This document shows positions 20,718 to 30,886 of a stretch of DNA of 64,000 nucleotides, one piece after another. The stretch is from Pseudomonadota bacterium (GTDB taxonomy: Archaea; Thermoplasmatota; SW-10-69-26; JACQPN01; JAJPHT01): positions 1 through 64,000 of the forward strand of contig JAJPHT010000034.1 of NCBI GenBank assembly GCA_021325135.1, read 5' to 3'. Position 1 is the stretch's first letter, and every line of letters starts with the position of its first letter. A program made the position numbers and the translations under genes. The notes beneath the pieces are model-generated. The model saw only the letters and a program-made list of their open reading frames with translations, did no database searches and was not told the origin of the DNA.

Positions 20718-21989
20718 TCAGCGCGTCTCCAGCGGATCGCCCGGAGGAAGCGGCTCGTGGCGGAACGGCCGCGGGCTCGCCCCCTGGTAGGGCGCCGCGG
20801 TGTGCCCCTCGCCCACGAGGACCCACTTGGTCGTCGTGAGGCCGTCGAGCCCCACGGGGCCGCGCGCGTGGACCTTGCTCGTGCTGATGCCCACCTCGGC
20901 GCCCAGGCCGTAGCGGTAGCCGTCGGCGAAGCGCGTGCTGGCGTTCACGAAGACGCCCGCGCTGTCGACGCCCGCGACGAAGCGCCGCGCGGACTCGGGG
21001 TCGCGCGTCACGATGGCGTCGGTGTGCTTCGAGCCGTGGCGGTTCACGAACGCGATGGCCTCCTCCACGTCGCCCACGACGGCGAGGCTCACCGTCATGT
21101 CGCCCCACTCGCGGCCGTAGGCGCCTTCGCCCTCGCGGATCTCGACGCCCGCCTTGCGCAGCGCCTCGGTGAGCGCGGGGAGCAGCGCGGGCGCGGCGTC
21201 GCGGTGCACGAGGATGCACTCCGCGGCGTTGCACGCGCTGGGGCTGTCCACCTTGGCGTCCAGCGCGATGGCGATGGCCTGGCGCGGGTCCGCGGTCGCG
21301 TCGAGGAAGACGTGGCAGACGCCCTCGGCGTGACCCAGCACGGGGATGCGCGTCGAGGCCTTGACGTGCTTCACGAACGCGGAGGAGCCGCGCGGGATCA
21401 CGAGGTCCACGAGGTCGTCGTGGGCGAGGAGCGCGTTGGCCTCGGCGCGGCCTTCGAGAAGCTGCACGGCGTCCTTGGGGATGCCGGCGGCCTCGATGGC
21501 GGCGCGGATGGCGTCCACGATGGCGCGGTTCGTGCGCTCCGCCTCGGCGCCCCCCTTGAGGAGCACGGCGTTCCCGCTGCGCAGCGTAAGGGCGGGGATC
21601 TGGACCGCGGCGTCGGGGCGCGACTCGAACACGCACGCGACGACGCCCAGGGGCGCGGTGACCTGCGAGAGTCGCAATCCGTCGTCCAGGAGCGTCGCGC
21701 GCAGCGTGCGCCCCACGGGGTCCGGGAGCGCGGCCACCTGGCGCACGCCCGCGAGGGTGAGGGAGAGCTTCTCGGGGGTGAGCTTGAGCCGTGATAGCAG
21801 AGGCGCGGCGAGGCCGTCGCGCTGCGCGGCGGCGACGTCCTCGGCGTTGGCGTGGAGGATGGCGTCGCGTCGGCGCTCCAGGCCCCCGGCCAGGGCGAGC
21901 ACCGCGGCGGCGCGCGTGGCGTCGCTGGCGCGCGCGAGCTTCAGGGCCGACTCGCGGGCCCGCTCCGCCTTGGCGCGCACGAAGTCCAT
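20718..21989 (-). CDS. proA: Gamma-glutamyl phosphate reductase
   Basis: PLGVV..VFESRP, LKGG.EA, IPRG, ACNAAE, SKHTDAIVT, NASTRFADG..YGLGAEVGIST.K.HARGP.GL. Confidence 0.95.
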   Translation of the reverse strand: MDFVRAKAERARESALKLARASDATRAAAVLALAGGLERRRDAILHANAEDVAAAQRDGLAAPLLSRLKLTPEKLSLTLAGVRQVAALPDPVGRTLRATLLDDGLRLSQVTAPLGVVACVFESRPDAAVQIPALTLRSGNAVLLKGGAEAERTNRAIVDAIRAAIEAAGIPKDAVQLLEGRAEANALLAHDDLVDLVIPRGSSAFVKHVKASTRIPVLGHAEGVCHVFLDATADPRQAIAIALDAKVDSPSACNAAECILVHRDAAPALLPALTEALRKAGVEIREGEGAYGREWGDMTVSLAVVGDVEEAIAFVNRHGSKHTDAIVTRDPESARRFVAGVDSAGVFVNASTRFADGYRYGLGAEVGISTSKVHARGPVGLDGLTTTKWVLVGEGHTAAPYQGASPRPFRHEPLPPGDPLETR

Positions 21990-22015
21990 GCGTCGCGATG
22001 CGGCCTCCGGGGGCA

Positions 22016-23131
22016 TCAACGCTGCGGGTCTCCGAACCACCGCTCCAGCCGCTCCGCCTCGAAGCGGTGCTTCCCTTCCAGGCTTGCCTTGCTCGGAGGC
22101 TTCGCGGCGACGATGGGCTGGGGCGTCGCGTAGAAGTCGCCCGCGACCTCAGTGCCCATCCCGTCGCCAAGCTCCAGGTAGCAGAGCCCCTTGCCGTCGA
22201 AGCGCGCGTCCTCGCCGGCGAGGCGCTGCGCGACGACGCGGCCCTCGCCCTCGGCCATGACGCCGGCCTTGACCAGGGGCTTGCCGTTGGCGAGCTTCAC
22301 CGCGTTGCAGTCGCCCACGGCCCAGACGTCGGGCAGGGGCGTGGCCAGCGTCGCGGGGTCCGCGGGGGCCCAGCCTCCGAAAAGCTGCGCCACGAGCGGG
22401 GGCGGCTTGTGGGGCGGGACGGCGGCCAGCAAGTCGAACGCCTCCTTGCTGCCGTCCGCGAAGACGACGCGCCCGGGCTCGACATGCGCGACCTGCTTCC
22501 CGTTGAGGACGCGCACGCCGCGCTCCTCCACCCAGCCGCGGATCGTGTCGCCGCACTCCTTGCCCGCGATGGGGATGGGCTGCGGCTCGGGCGAGGCGAT
22601 GGCGACCTCCGCGCGCACGCCGCGCCTCTCTAGGAAGGACTTCGCCAGCATCGCGGCCTCGTAGGGCGCAGGCGGGCACTTGAACGGCATCGCCGTCACG
22701 AGGAAGAGGACCTTCCCTCCGCGCAGCGCCGCGAGGTCGCCGTGCAGCGCCGCGACGCCCTCCTTCGCGTACAGGTTGCGCGCGTGCTGCGCGAGGCCGG
22801 GCACTTCCTCGGGCGCCAGGCGCGCGCCCAGCGCGAGCACCAGGCGGTCGTACGCCACATCGGCCCCGCCGATGCGCGCGCGCTTCGCCGCGGGGTCCAC
22901 CGCCTCCGCGCGCGCCTGCACGACGCGCACGCCGTGGCGCGCCACGTCCGCGATCGCGCGCTCCCCCTCGCCCGCGCGCCGCCGCCCGTCGAGGACCCAC
23001 AGCTTCGTCGCCCCCATGAGGAACGTCGAGCGCTCGTCCACCAGCACCACGTCCTCGTCGGGCCGGAGGCGCTTCAGCCGCGTGGCGGCCTCCAGGCCCC
23101 CGAACCCCGCGCCCAGGATGAGCGTGCGCAT
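22016..23131 (-). CDS. FAD-dependent sulfide:quinone oxidoreductase-like protein
   Basis: ILGAGFGG, YD.LVLALGA, FKCPPAPYE, VWAVGD, K.GVMA, GLCYLE.G. Confidence 0.8.
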   Translation of the reverse strand: MRTLILGAGFGGLEAATRLKRLRPDEDVVLVDERSTFLMGATKLWVLDGRRRAGEGERAIADVARHGVRVVQARAEAVDPAAKRARIGGADVAYDRLVLALGARLAPEEVPGLAQHARNLYAKEGVAALHGDLAALRGGKVLFLVTAMPFKCPPAPYEAAMLAKSFLERRGVRAEVAIASPEPQPIPIAGKECGDTIRGWVEERGVRVLNGKQVAHVEPGRVVFADGSKEAFDLLAAVPPHKPPPLVAQLFGGWAPADPATLATPLPDVWAVGDCNAVKLANGKPLVKAGVMAEGEGRVVAQRLAGEDARFDGKGLCYLELGDGMGTEVAGDFYATPQPIVAAKPPSKASLEGKHRFEAERLERWFGDPQR

Positions 23132-23196
23132 GCGCGGCCCAGAAGCGCGGCGCGCTACAAAGCTTCATGCGACGGCAACGCGAGCGGCCCCCGTCC

Positions 23197-23517
23197 ATGG
23201 GCGTCGACGACGAGCACCTCCTTCGCATGCTCCGCGAGGTGGAGGACGTGGAGGACGCCATCGACGAGGCGGCCCGCGAGGCCCCGCCCTCGGCCGACGA
23301 GGAGCTCGACCCCTGCCCCTGGTGCGGCGAGCCCGCGCAATACCTCGGCGAATGCGCCGTCTGCGGCGAGGCCGGCTGCCTGCCCAAGGACCTCTGGACG
23401 CCCGGCGAGCCCGACCCCTGCTTGACGCTGTGCGTGCGCTGCGCGCGGAACATCCACCTCGGGTGCAGCGTCGAGGACGAGGCGGGCAATCCCCGCTGCG
23501 AGCGGTGCCAGATCTGA
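23197..23517 (+). CDS. Small Zn-finger protein with PHD-like C4HC3 pattern
   Basis: Acidic N-terminal helix, CPWC, then CAVC-x22-CVRC-x4-H-x2-C-x10-CERC. Confidence 0.65.
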   Translation: MGVDDEHLLRMLREVEDVEDAIDEAAREAPPSADEELDPCPWCGEPAQYLGECAVCGEAGCLPKDLWTPGEPDPCLTLCVRCARNIHLGCSVEDEAGNPRCERCQI

Positions 23518-23537
23518 GGGCCCTTCGCCGCGAAGCC

Positions 23538-25544
23538 CTACTTCCCCTTGAACTCGGGCTTCCGCTTCGCGAACATCGCGGACACGCCTTCCAGCACGTC
23601 GTCCGTGCTCACCAGCACGCCGAACGCGTTGGCCTCCATCTCCATGCCCGCGTTGATGTCGGTCGTGGAGGAGGCGTTCAGCAATTGCTTCGTGGCCTTC
23701 AGCGCGAGGGGCGCGCGGCTGGCGACCTCGGCGGCGAAGGCCTTCGCGTCGCGGGCGAACGTCTCGTTGGGATAGACCGCCGTGACGAGGCCCCACGCCT
23801 GGGCCTGCCGGGCGTCGAAGCGCTTGCCCACGAGGGCGATCTCCTTGGCGCGGGCGAGGCCCACGAGCTTGGGGAGGCGCTGCGTGCCGCCCATGGCGGG
23901 GAGGAGCCCAAGCGTGACCTCGGGTAGGGCGAACTCCGCCCGCGCCGCCGCGACGCGCAGGTCGCACGCCAGCGCAAGCTCGAAGCCGCCGCCCAGGGCG
24001 AGGCCGTTCACCGCGGCGACGACGGGCTTGGCCATCTTCTCGATCTCCAGGCACATGCGGTGCGCCTGGCGCACCGTCTCGCTGGCGACGGCGGGCGTGA
24101 CGCCGGTGGCCTCGGCGAGGTCGGCGCCCGCGCAGAACGCCTTCTCGCCGCTGCCGGTGAGAAGCACGGCGCGCACGCGCTCGTCGCGGTCCATCTGGCG
24201 CAGCGCGTCGCGAAGCTCGCGGATGAGGTCGGGGCTGATGGCGTGGAGGCGGTGCGGCCGGTCCAGCGTGATGGTGCCCACCTTCGCCTCCGCGTCGACC
24301 GCGAGGAGGAGCGTCTCGTGCTCGCGTTTTCCTGGGGTGGCGGCGGCGCGCGGCGCGTGGTCGTGGAAGCCGCGCCCCGCCTTCTTGCCGGTGCGCCCCT
24401 CCTCCACCATCTCCAGGAGAAGCTCGTAGGGCTCCGCCAGCGCGTGGCCGGTCCGCTCCTGCATCGCGTAGAGCGCCTTCACCACCTCGTCGACGCCCAC
24501 CTCGTCGGCCCACTCCAGGGGGCCCTTGGGGAACGCGAGCCCCTGGCGGCAGGCAAGATCGATGTCAGCAGCGGTGGCGACGCCCTGCTCCAGGAGCTTC
24601 GCGGCCTCGTTGGCCACGAGGGCCATGACGAGCGCGGGGTCGAACCCCTTGGCCAAGTCCGGCGTGAGCGCGACGTCGGCGCGGCCGTCCTTCCACGCGT
24701 AGAAGCCGCGCCCGGCCTTCTTGCCCAGGAGCCCCTTCTCCACGAGCGCGCGCATGGAGACGCCGGGGCGGTACGCCTCGCCCAGGCGGTTCGCCATGTA
24801 GTCGCTGGCGTGCACGCCCACGTCGAGGCCCGTGTAGTCCGCCAGCTCGAAGGGCCCCATGGGGAAGCCCGCGCGGAAGCGCATCGCGGCGTCGATGGCC
24901 TCCTTGTCGGCGATCTTCGCCTCCGCGGCGAGGACGCCCGCGCCGACCCACACGCAGACGAGGCGGCTCGTGACGAAGCCCGGCGTGTCCTGCGCGAGCG
25001 TCACGGGGGTCTTCCCCAGCTTCGCCACGACGGCCTGCGCGGTGGCAAGCGCCTCCGGGCTCGTGGCGGGGCCGGGGATCAGCTCCACGAGGTCCATGAG
25101 GAGGACCGGGTTGAAGAAGTGCATGCCCACGAGGCGCGAGGGGTCGCGCAGGCTGGCGCCCACCTCGCGGATGCGCATGGCGCTGGTGTTGGTGGCGAAG
25201 ACCGCGCGGGGCGAGGCCGCGTTCTCCGCCTCCACGAACACTCGCTGCTTGAGGTCCAGCCGCTCGGGCACGGCCTCGATGATGAGGTCCGCGGGCCCCA
25301 CGGCCTCCACGAGGTCGGTCGTCGTCCGGATGCGCGCCATGGCCGCGTCGGCGGCCTCCCGGGTGAGACGGCTCCTGGCGACGAGCTTGTCGAGGCTCGC
25401 CCGGATGGCGCCCTTCGCCCGCTCCAGCGCGTCGGGCGCCACGTCCCGAAGCCGCACGTCGAAGCCGCGCATCGCCGCAAGCTCCGCGATGCCGTGCCCC
25501 ATGTCGCCCGCGCCGAGCACCGCGAGGGTGCGCACCTCAGTCAT
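23538..25544 (-). CDS. 3-hydroxyacyl-CoA dehydrogenase / enoyl-CoA hydratase fusion (HAD N-terminal, ECH C-terminal)
   Basis: VLGAGDMGHGIA, EAVPE, NTS, GMHFFNP; then FCAGAD, GGGFELALACD, PE..LG..P..GGTQRL. Confidence 0.93.
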   Translation of the reverse strand: MTEVRTLAVLGAGDMGHGIAELAAMRGFDVRLRDVAPDALERAKGAIRASLDKLVARSRLTREAADAAMARIRTTTDLVEAVGPADLIIEAVPERLDLKQRVFVEAENAASPRAVFATNTSAMRIREVGASLRDPSRLVGMHFFNPVLLMDLVELIPGPATSPEALATAQAVVAKLGKTPVTLAQDTPGFVTSRLVCVWVGAGVLAAEAKIADKEAIDAAMRFRAGFPMGPFELADYTGLDVGVHASDYMANRLGEAYRPGVSMRALVEKGLLGKKAGRGFYAWKDGRADVALTPDLAKGFDPALVMALVANEAAKLLEQGVATAADIDLACRQGLAFPKGPLEWADEVGVDEVVKALYAMQERTGHALAEPYELLLEMVEEGRTGKKAGRGFHDHAPRAAATPGKREHETLLLAVDAEAKVGTITLDRPHRLHAISPDLIRELRDALRQMDRDERVRAVLLTGSGEKAFCAGADLAEATGVTPAVASETVRQAHRMCLEIEKMAKPVVAAVNGLALGGGFELALACDLRVAAARAEFALPEVTLGLLPAMGGTQRLPKLVGLARAKEIALVGKRFDARQAQAWGLVTAVYPNETFARDAKAFAAEVASRAPLALKATKQLLNASSTTDINAGMEMEANAFGVLVSTDDVLEGVSAMFAKRKPEFKGK

Positions 25545-25580
25545 GGGGGCCGCGAGCGCAGGGGCCGGGGAAAAGCGTTG

Positions 25581-25685
25581 GCCAAAGCGGGGGGTTCGGG
25601 GGGCGGCAGCCCCTGACGTTTCGGCCGTCTGCTTGACGTGATTTCACGTCAGGGGGCTGCGCCCCCCGAACCCCCCGCTTTTGGC
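25581..25685. repeat. Long intergenic inverted repeat (REP-like GGGGGCTGCGCCCCCCGAACCCCCCG arms)
   Basis: GCCAAAGCGGGGGGTTCGGGGGGCGGCAGCCCCTGACGT ... ACGTCAGGGGGCTGCGCCCCCCGAACCCCCCGCTTTTGGC. Confidence 0.8.
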
Positions 25686-25725
25686 GGCGCTGCGGCGCCG
25701 CCGGACGACGACGTTTTCCTGCGGC

Positions 25726-26163
25726 CTACGGCACCAGCGTCACGGGCACGTTGGCCAGCTGCGCGATCTGGCTCGCGTTGGGGCCCACGTCGGCCTCGGG
25801 CCCCTCGTAGGACTTGACGCCCAGGAGGATCTCGGTCGCCTTGTGGTCGCGGGCGGCGGCGAGGATCGCCTCCACGGGGGAGCCCTTGCGGACCTCGCCT
25901 TCCGCCTTGGCGCCGGCCTTGCGCGCCTCCGCGATGACCTCGGCGAGGCGCTGGCGCGTGTGGTCCTCGAAGGTGCCCGCCATGGTCTCCGGGAGCTCGA
26001 CGCCGGCGGGCATCATGCGGGCCAGCGAAGACTTGCTCACCGTGGGCGGGATCACGGAGACGACGATCATCTCGTCCCCCATGCCCGTCGCGCGGGCGAG
26101 GGCGCGCTCGAACGCGCGACGCGCGGGCGGGGATCCATCATAGCCGACGAGGAGGCGGGCCAT
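25726..26163 (-). CDS. Universal stress protein (UspA family)
   Basis: LLVGYDGS, G.PVEAIL.AA, G.NA..I...A.VPVTLVP. Confidence 0.88.
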   Translation of the reverse strand: MARLLVGYDGSPPARRAFERALARATGMGDEMIVVSVIPPTVSKSSLARMMPAGVELPETMAGTFEDHTRQRLAEVIAEARKAGAKAEGEVRKGSPVEAILAAARDHKATEILLGVKSYEGPEADVGPNASQIAQLANVPVTLVP

Positions 26164-26407
26164 CGAAGGGGGATGGCGGTCCGGGATTCAAGCGTTGCGC
26201 TTCCCTGCGCACCGCCACCGAGGGGCCCGCAAGGGGGAGAGAGGACCCGGGGCCGCGATGCGCAGATCTGCGGCATGGGTGCCCCGGAAACGAGCCGCAG
26301 GTGGAGGGTTCAGGCCCTCCGGAATGCGATCACAGCTTTCCACCACAACGTAGTTCCTCAAGACGAGGGATCGAGCGGCGCCGCCCCGAGGCGGAGGTTG
26401 TGGAACC

Positions 26408-27172
26408 ATGGCGATCTGGAAGACGATGACGGTGATGGCGGCGGCGCTGGCGTTGGCGGGAGGCTCTTTCGTGGCGCTGGCGGACGACCGGGACAGCTAC
26501 ATCTACAACGGCCAGCCCCCCGGCTGCTCGGCCGCGGGAGCCCCTTCGCCCGCAGACGCCTGTCCGCCGGGGAACGGAGGCGGCGACGCGTGCCCCAACG
26601 CGCTCCCGCAGGAGTTCCACACCTACGTCGTGGGCACCACGGCGCGCGCCCACGTGGAGGACACGGGCGGCATCGCCGCGGGCGGCTTCAGCGTGTTCGA
26701 CACGAACACGGCGGACTGCAACGGCGACGGGATCCCCTTCGACAGCGACGGCGACCCGGACGCCGGCATCGGCGGCGGCTTCCTCCCCCAGGGAGTCTCG
26801 ACGGAGGCGTGCGGGTTCAAGCCGCACCACGAGGGGGACACGTTCGCCGTGAGCGACTTCGCCTTCTCCGAGGTCTACTTCGTGGTCGCGGGCAACGACG
26901 TCGACCGCGCGAGCCCGGACGTCTGCGGCGGCGACGGCCTCGTCACGCCGGACGTCGACGCGGGCGACTGGTTCGAGGTGTGCGAGAGCCAATGCACGCT
27001 CCCCGGCACGTTCGTCAACACGAACGCCTGCCTGGCCTGCGCGGTGCCCGAGGTGGGCGGCGCGGACGGCGGCGTCTACGTGTTCGTGGACCCCACCTTC
27101 GAGGCCGAGGACGGGAGCGCGGAGGCCCACGGCGCCTCGACGGGCATCATCTTCCAGTTCCAGTCCCCGTGA
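26408..27172 (+). CDS. Secreted acidic Cys-rich protein of unknown function
   Basis: Signal peptide ending ALA; 10 Cys; Asp/Gly-rich DCNGDG and DSDGD loops. Confidence 0.7.
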   Translation: MAIWKTMTVMAAALALAGGSFVALADDRDSYIYNGQPPGCSAAGAPSPADACPPGNGGGDACPNALPQEFHTYVVGTTARAHVEDTGGIAAGGFSVFDTNTADCNGDGIPFDSDGDPDAGIGGGFLPQGVSTEACGFKPHHEGDTFAVSDFAFSEVYFVVAGNDVDRASPDVCGGDGLVTPDVDAGDWFEVCESQCTLPGTFVNTNACLACAVPEVGGADGGVYVFVDPTFEAEDGSAEAHGASTGIIFQFQSP

Positions 27173-27200
27173 GGCCCGGCGGCCGGCGCCGCCCGAGGCC

Positions 27201-27215
27201 GAAGGCTTTTTGAGC
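27201..27215 (+). promoter_or_regulatory. Putative BRE/TATA promoter of mcm
   Basis: GAAGGCTTTTTGAGC about 25 nt before ATG 27239. Confidence 0.5.
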
Positions 27216-27238
27216 GGCGCCCCGTCATGCTTTCCGGC

Positions 27239-28906
<1,668 letters not shown>

Positions 28907-28981
28907 TCCAAACGGCCTTGCGCATCCGCCAGGCTGCGCGCCGGGCGCGCTCATGCGGCGCGCCCCCGCTGGGTCCTGCGC

Positions 28982-29188
28982 ATGCGCTCCCGCGTCCTGC
29001 TCCTCGCCGTCGTCCTCGGTCTCGCCGTCCTCGCTGTGCCCAGCTTCGTCCCGGGCTCCCCCGTGGGCACCGCGTCCGCGTACTGCGCGGTCCTCCTGCC
29101 CGACGGCGGCTGCACGAACCCCTGCTTCGTCGCCGCGGGCGTCGTGCACGCCGTGGACCCGAAGCAGCCCGTCTTCTGCCCCGAGTGA
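28982..29188 (+). CDS. Small secreted 4-Cys peptide
   Basis: Signal MRSRVLLLAVVLGLAVLAV...ASA, mature YCAVLLPDGGCTNPCFVAAGVVHAVDPKQPVFCPE. Confidence 0.65.
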   Translation: MRSRVLLLAVVLGLAVLAVPSFVPGSPVGTASAYCAVLLPDGGCTNPCFVAAGVVHAVDPKQPVFCPE

Positions 29189-29389
29189 GCCGCCACGAGG
29201 CCTGCGGGCCCCCTCTTTTCCCGCCCCCTTCAAATTGTCCACGCGGGGCCCTAAGGGAGGGGAGAAGGACGATGGAGCGGCTCCGCGAGGACGTGTGGAA
29301 GGCCGGCCTCGCGCCGGGCGAAGCCGGAGAACCTGAGGACGCTCCTGCGCCAGCCCGTCAAGCCGGCCGGCGAAGGGCAGGCGTGAGCC

Positions 29390-29689
29390 TCAGAGGTAGG
29401 GGCCCGGGCAGATGGGGCCGTAGGGGCAGAACACGTAGGGCAGCTCGCAGCCGGCGTGGGTCGTGGGCGTCGTGCCCTCCTGGCACTCGATGAGGATGAT
29501 GCCCGTGCAGAGCGTGCCGCAGCCGCCGCCCGCGTAGACGGGGGCGCCGTCCACGTCGCAGCGGGCGTCGACGCCGGAGACGGCGACGGTCTGCGAGCAG
29601 GTCACGGGGGCGATCGCGCCGGCGAGGGGCGTGAAGGCGAAGGCGCAGAGGGAGAGGGCGAGGGCAAGGGCAAGGTGGGTGGTCCGCAA
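29390..29689 (-). CDS. Small secreted 8-Cys protein
   Basis: TTG start, signal (M)RTTHLALALALSLCAFAFTPLAGA; mature region has 8 Cys. Confidence 0.65.
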   Translation of the reverse strand: MRTTHLALALALSLCAFAFTPLAGAIAPVTCSQTVAVSGVDARCDVDGAPVYAGGGCGTLCTGIILIECQEGTTPTTHAGCELPYVFCPYGPICPGPYL

Positions 29690-29740
29690 GGAGATGCCTC
29701 CGGGCCACGCACGGTGGCCCGGCTGCAAGAACCCGCCGCC

Positions 29741-29989
29741 TCAGAGGACGCAGCTCTCGGAGGGCGTGATGCCGGAGACGCCCTCGCGGCAGTAGGCCAC
29801 GGTGGGGCCCGAGCCGACGTGGTAGAAGAACAGGTTGTAGCCGTCCTTGTTGCAGTCGATGGTCGCGCCCACCTGCTGGACGGACTCCCAGCAGTAGACG
29901 TTGATGCTGATCTGCGCCTGGGCGGGGGCAAGGACGGGCAGGGCGAGGAGCGCGAGAAGGAGGGCGGCGAGCGCGCGGAGGGCGGCCAA
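29741..29989 (-). CDS. Small secreted 4-Cys protein
   Basis: TTG start, signal (M)AALRALAALLLALLALPVLAPAQA; mature QISINVYCWE...DCNKDG...YCREG...SCVL (3' end of track ORF 29741..30847). Confidence 0.65.
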   Translation of the reverse strand: MAALRALAALLLALLALPVLAPAQAQISINVYCWESVQQVGATIDCNKDGYNLFFYHVGSGPTVAYCREGVSGITPSESCVL

Positions 29990-30088
29990 GGGAACCGCGC
30001 GCCCACGCCTCCTGCGCCCCCTTCCGCGCTTCGCCCGAGCATCCGGGAGGGTGCAGTCGCGCCACGAGGCTTTTCCGGCGCCGGTCCC

Positions 30089-30490
30089 ATGGCGCTGAAC
30101 GTGTCCGGCAACCTCGACCTCCTGGAGGAGGCCTGCGCCGCCCTCCCCCACACGACGCGCGCCATGTTCGGCGGCCACGGCCTCTTCGCGCCCAACGGGG
30201 GGATGTTCGCGGGGATCGTGGACGACGACAGGATCATCCTGAAGCTCGCGCCCGAGGGGCCGCGCGCGGAGCTGGTCGCGCTGGGTGGCGAGGCGTGGAC
30301 GTACCGCAGCAAGATGGGCGCCGCCACGATGCAGGAGTGGATCCTCGTCCCCGAGGCGTTCTACGACGAGCCGCGCACGCTGGCCGAGTGGGCCCGCCGC
30401 GCGCACTCCCTGGCGCCGGCCAAGAAGGCGAAGGCCGCGAAGAAGGCGGCCAAGAAGGCGCCCGCGAAGAAGGGCGCGAAGAAGCGCTAG
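30089..30490 (+). CDS. TfoX N-terminal domain protein with Lys/Ala tail
   Basis: RAMFGGHGLF...MFAGI..D.IILK, M.EW..VP; tail AKKAKAAKKAAKK. Confidence 0.85.
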   Translation: MALNVSGNLDLLEEACAALPHTTRAMFGGHGLFAPNGGMFAGIVDDDRIILKLAPEGPRAELVALGGEAWTYRSKMGAATMQEWILVPEAFYDEPRTLAEWARRAHSLAPAKKAKAAKKAAKKAPAKKGAKKR

Positions 30491-30882
30491 CCCTTCGGGA
30501 CGCGCCCCAGCCTGTGCAGCCAGAGCGCCATGTCGAAGTGGACCTCGTTCACGACGATCTCGCGCCCGCGCAGGAGGACGAGGTCCATGCCCTTGAGGTC
30601 CAGGGGCTCGCCCTGGGGCAGCGGGATGCGCGCGCGGTACGTGACGGCGAACCCGCCCTCCACCGGATCGAGGCGCTCGCGGCGCCACTCCCAGCCCGGG
30701 TTCGCCGCGAGGAGGCGCGCGAAGTAGCGGCGAAGCTCCTCGCGCCCGCGGATGCCCTGGGGCCTCGCGGGGTCGACGTAGAGGCAGTCCTCGGCGTAGA
30801 ACGACGCGAGAAGGTCGGGCCGGTTGCCGGCCCACGCGTCGAACCACGCGTCACAGTAGGCCTCCAGCGCGCGCCGGTCCAT
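30487..30882 (-). CDS. SnoaL/NTF2-like protein
   Basis: W.DAW...D...FYAED..Y.DP.....GREELR.YF. Confidence 0.8.
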   Translation of the reverse strand: MDRRALEAYCDAWFDAWAGNRPDLLASFYAEDCLYVDPARPQGIRGREELRRYFARLLAANPGWEWRRERLDPVEGGFAVTYRARIPLPQGEPLDLKGMDLVLLRGREIVVNEVHFDMALWLHRLGRVPKG

Positions 30883-30886
30883 GATA

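Noticed and set aside
19582-22170. 862-aa DsbA fusion
   Set aside because: Upstream part is an alternative frame over proA and the redoxin; the real start is the GTGA overlap at 20151
30415-30490. AKKA repeats as a histone H1-like gene
   Set aside because: Only a short low-complexity tail on a TfoX-N protein, common in GC-rich prokaryotes
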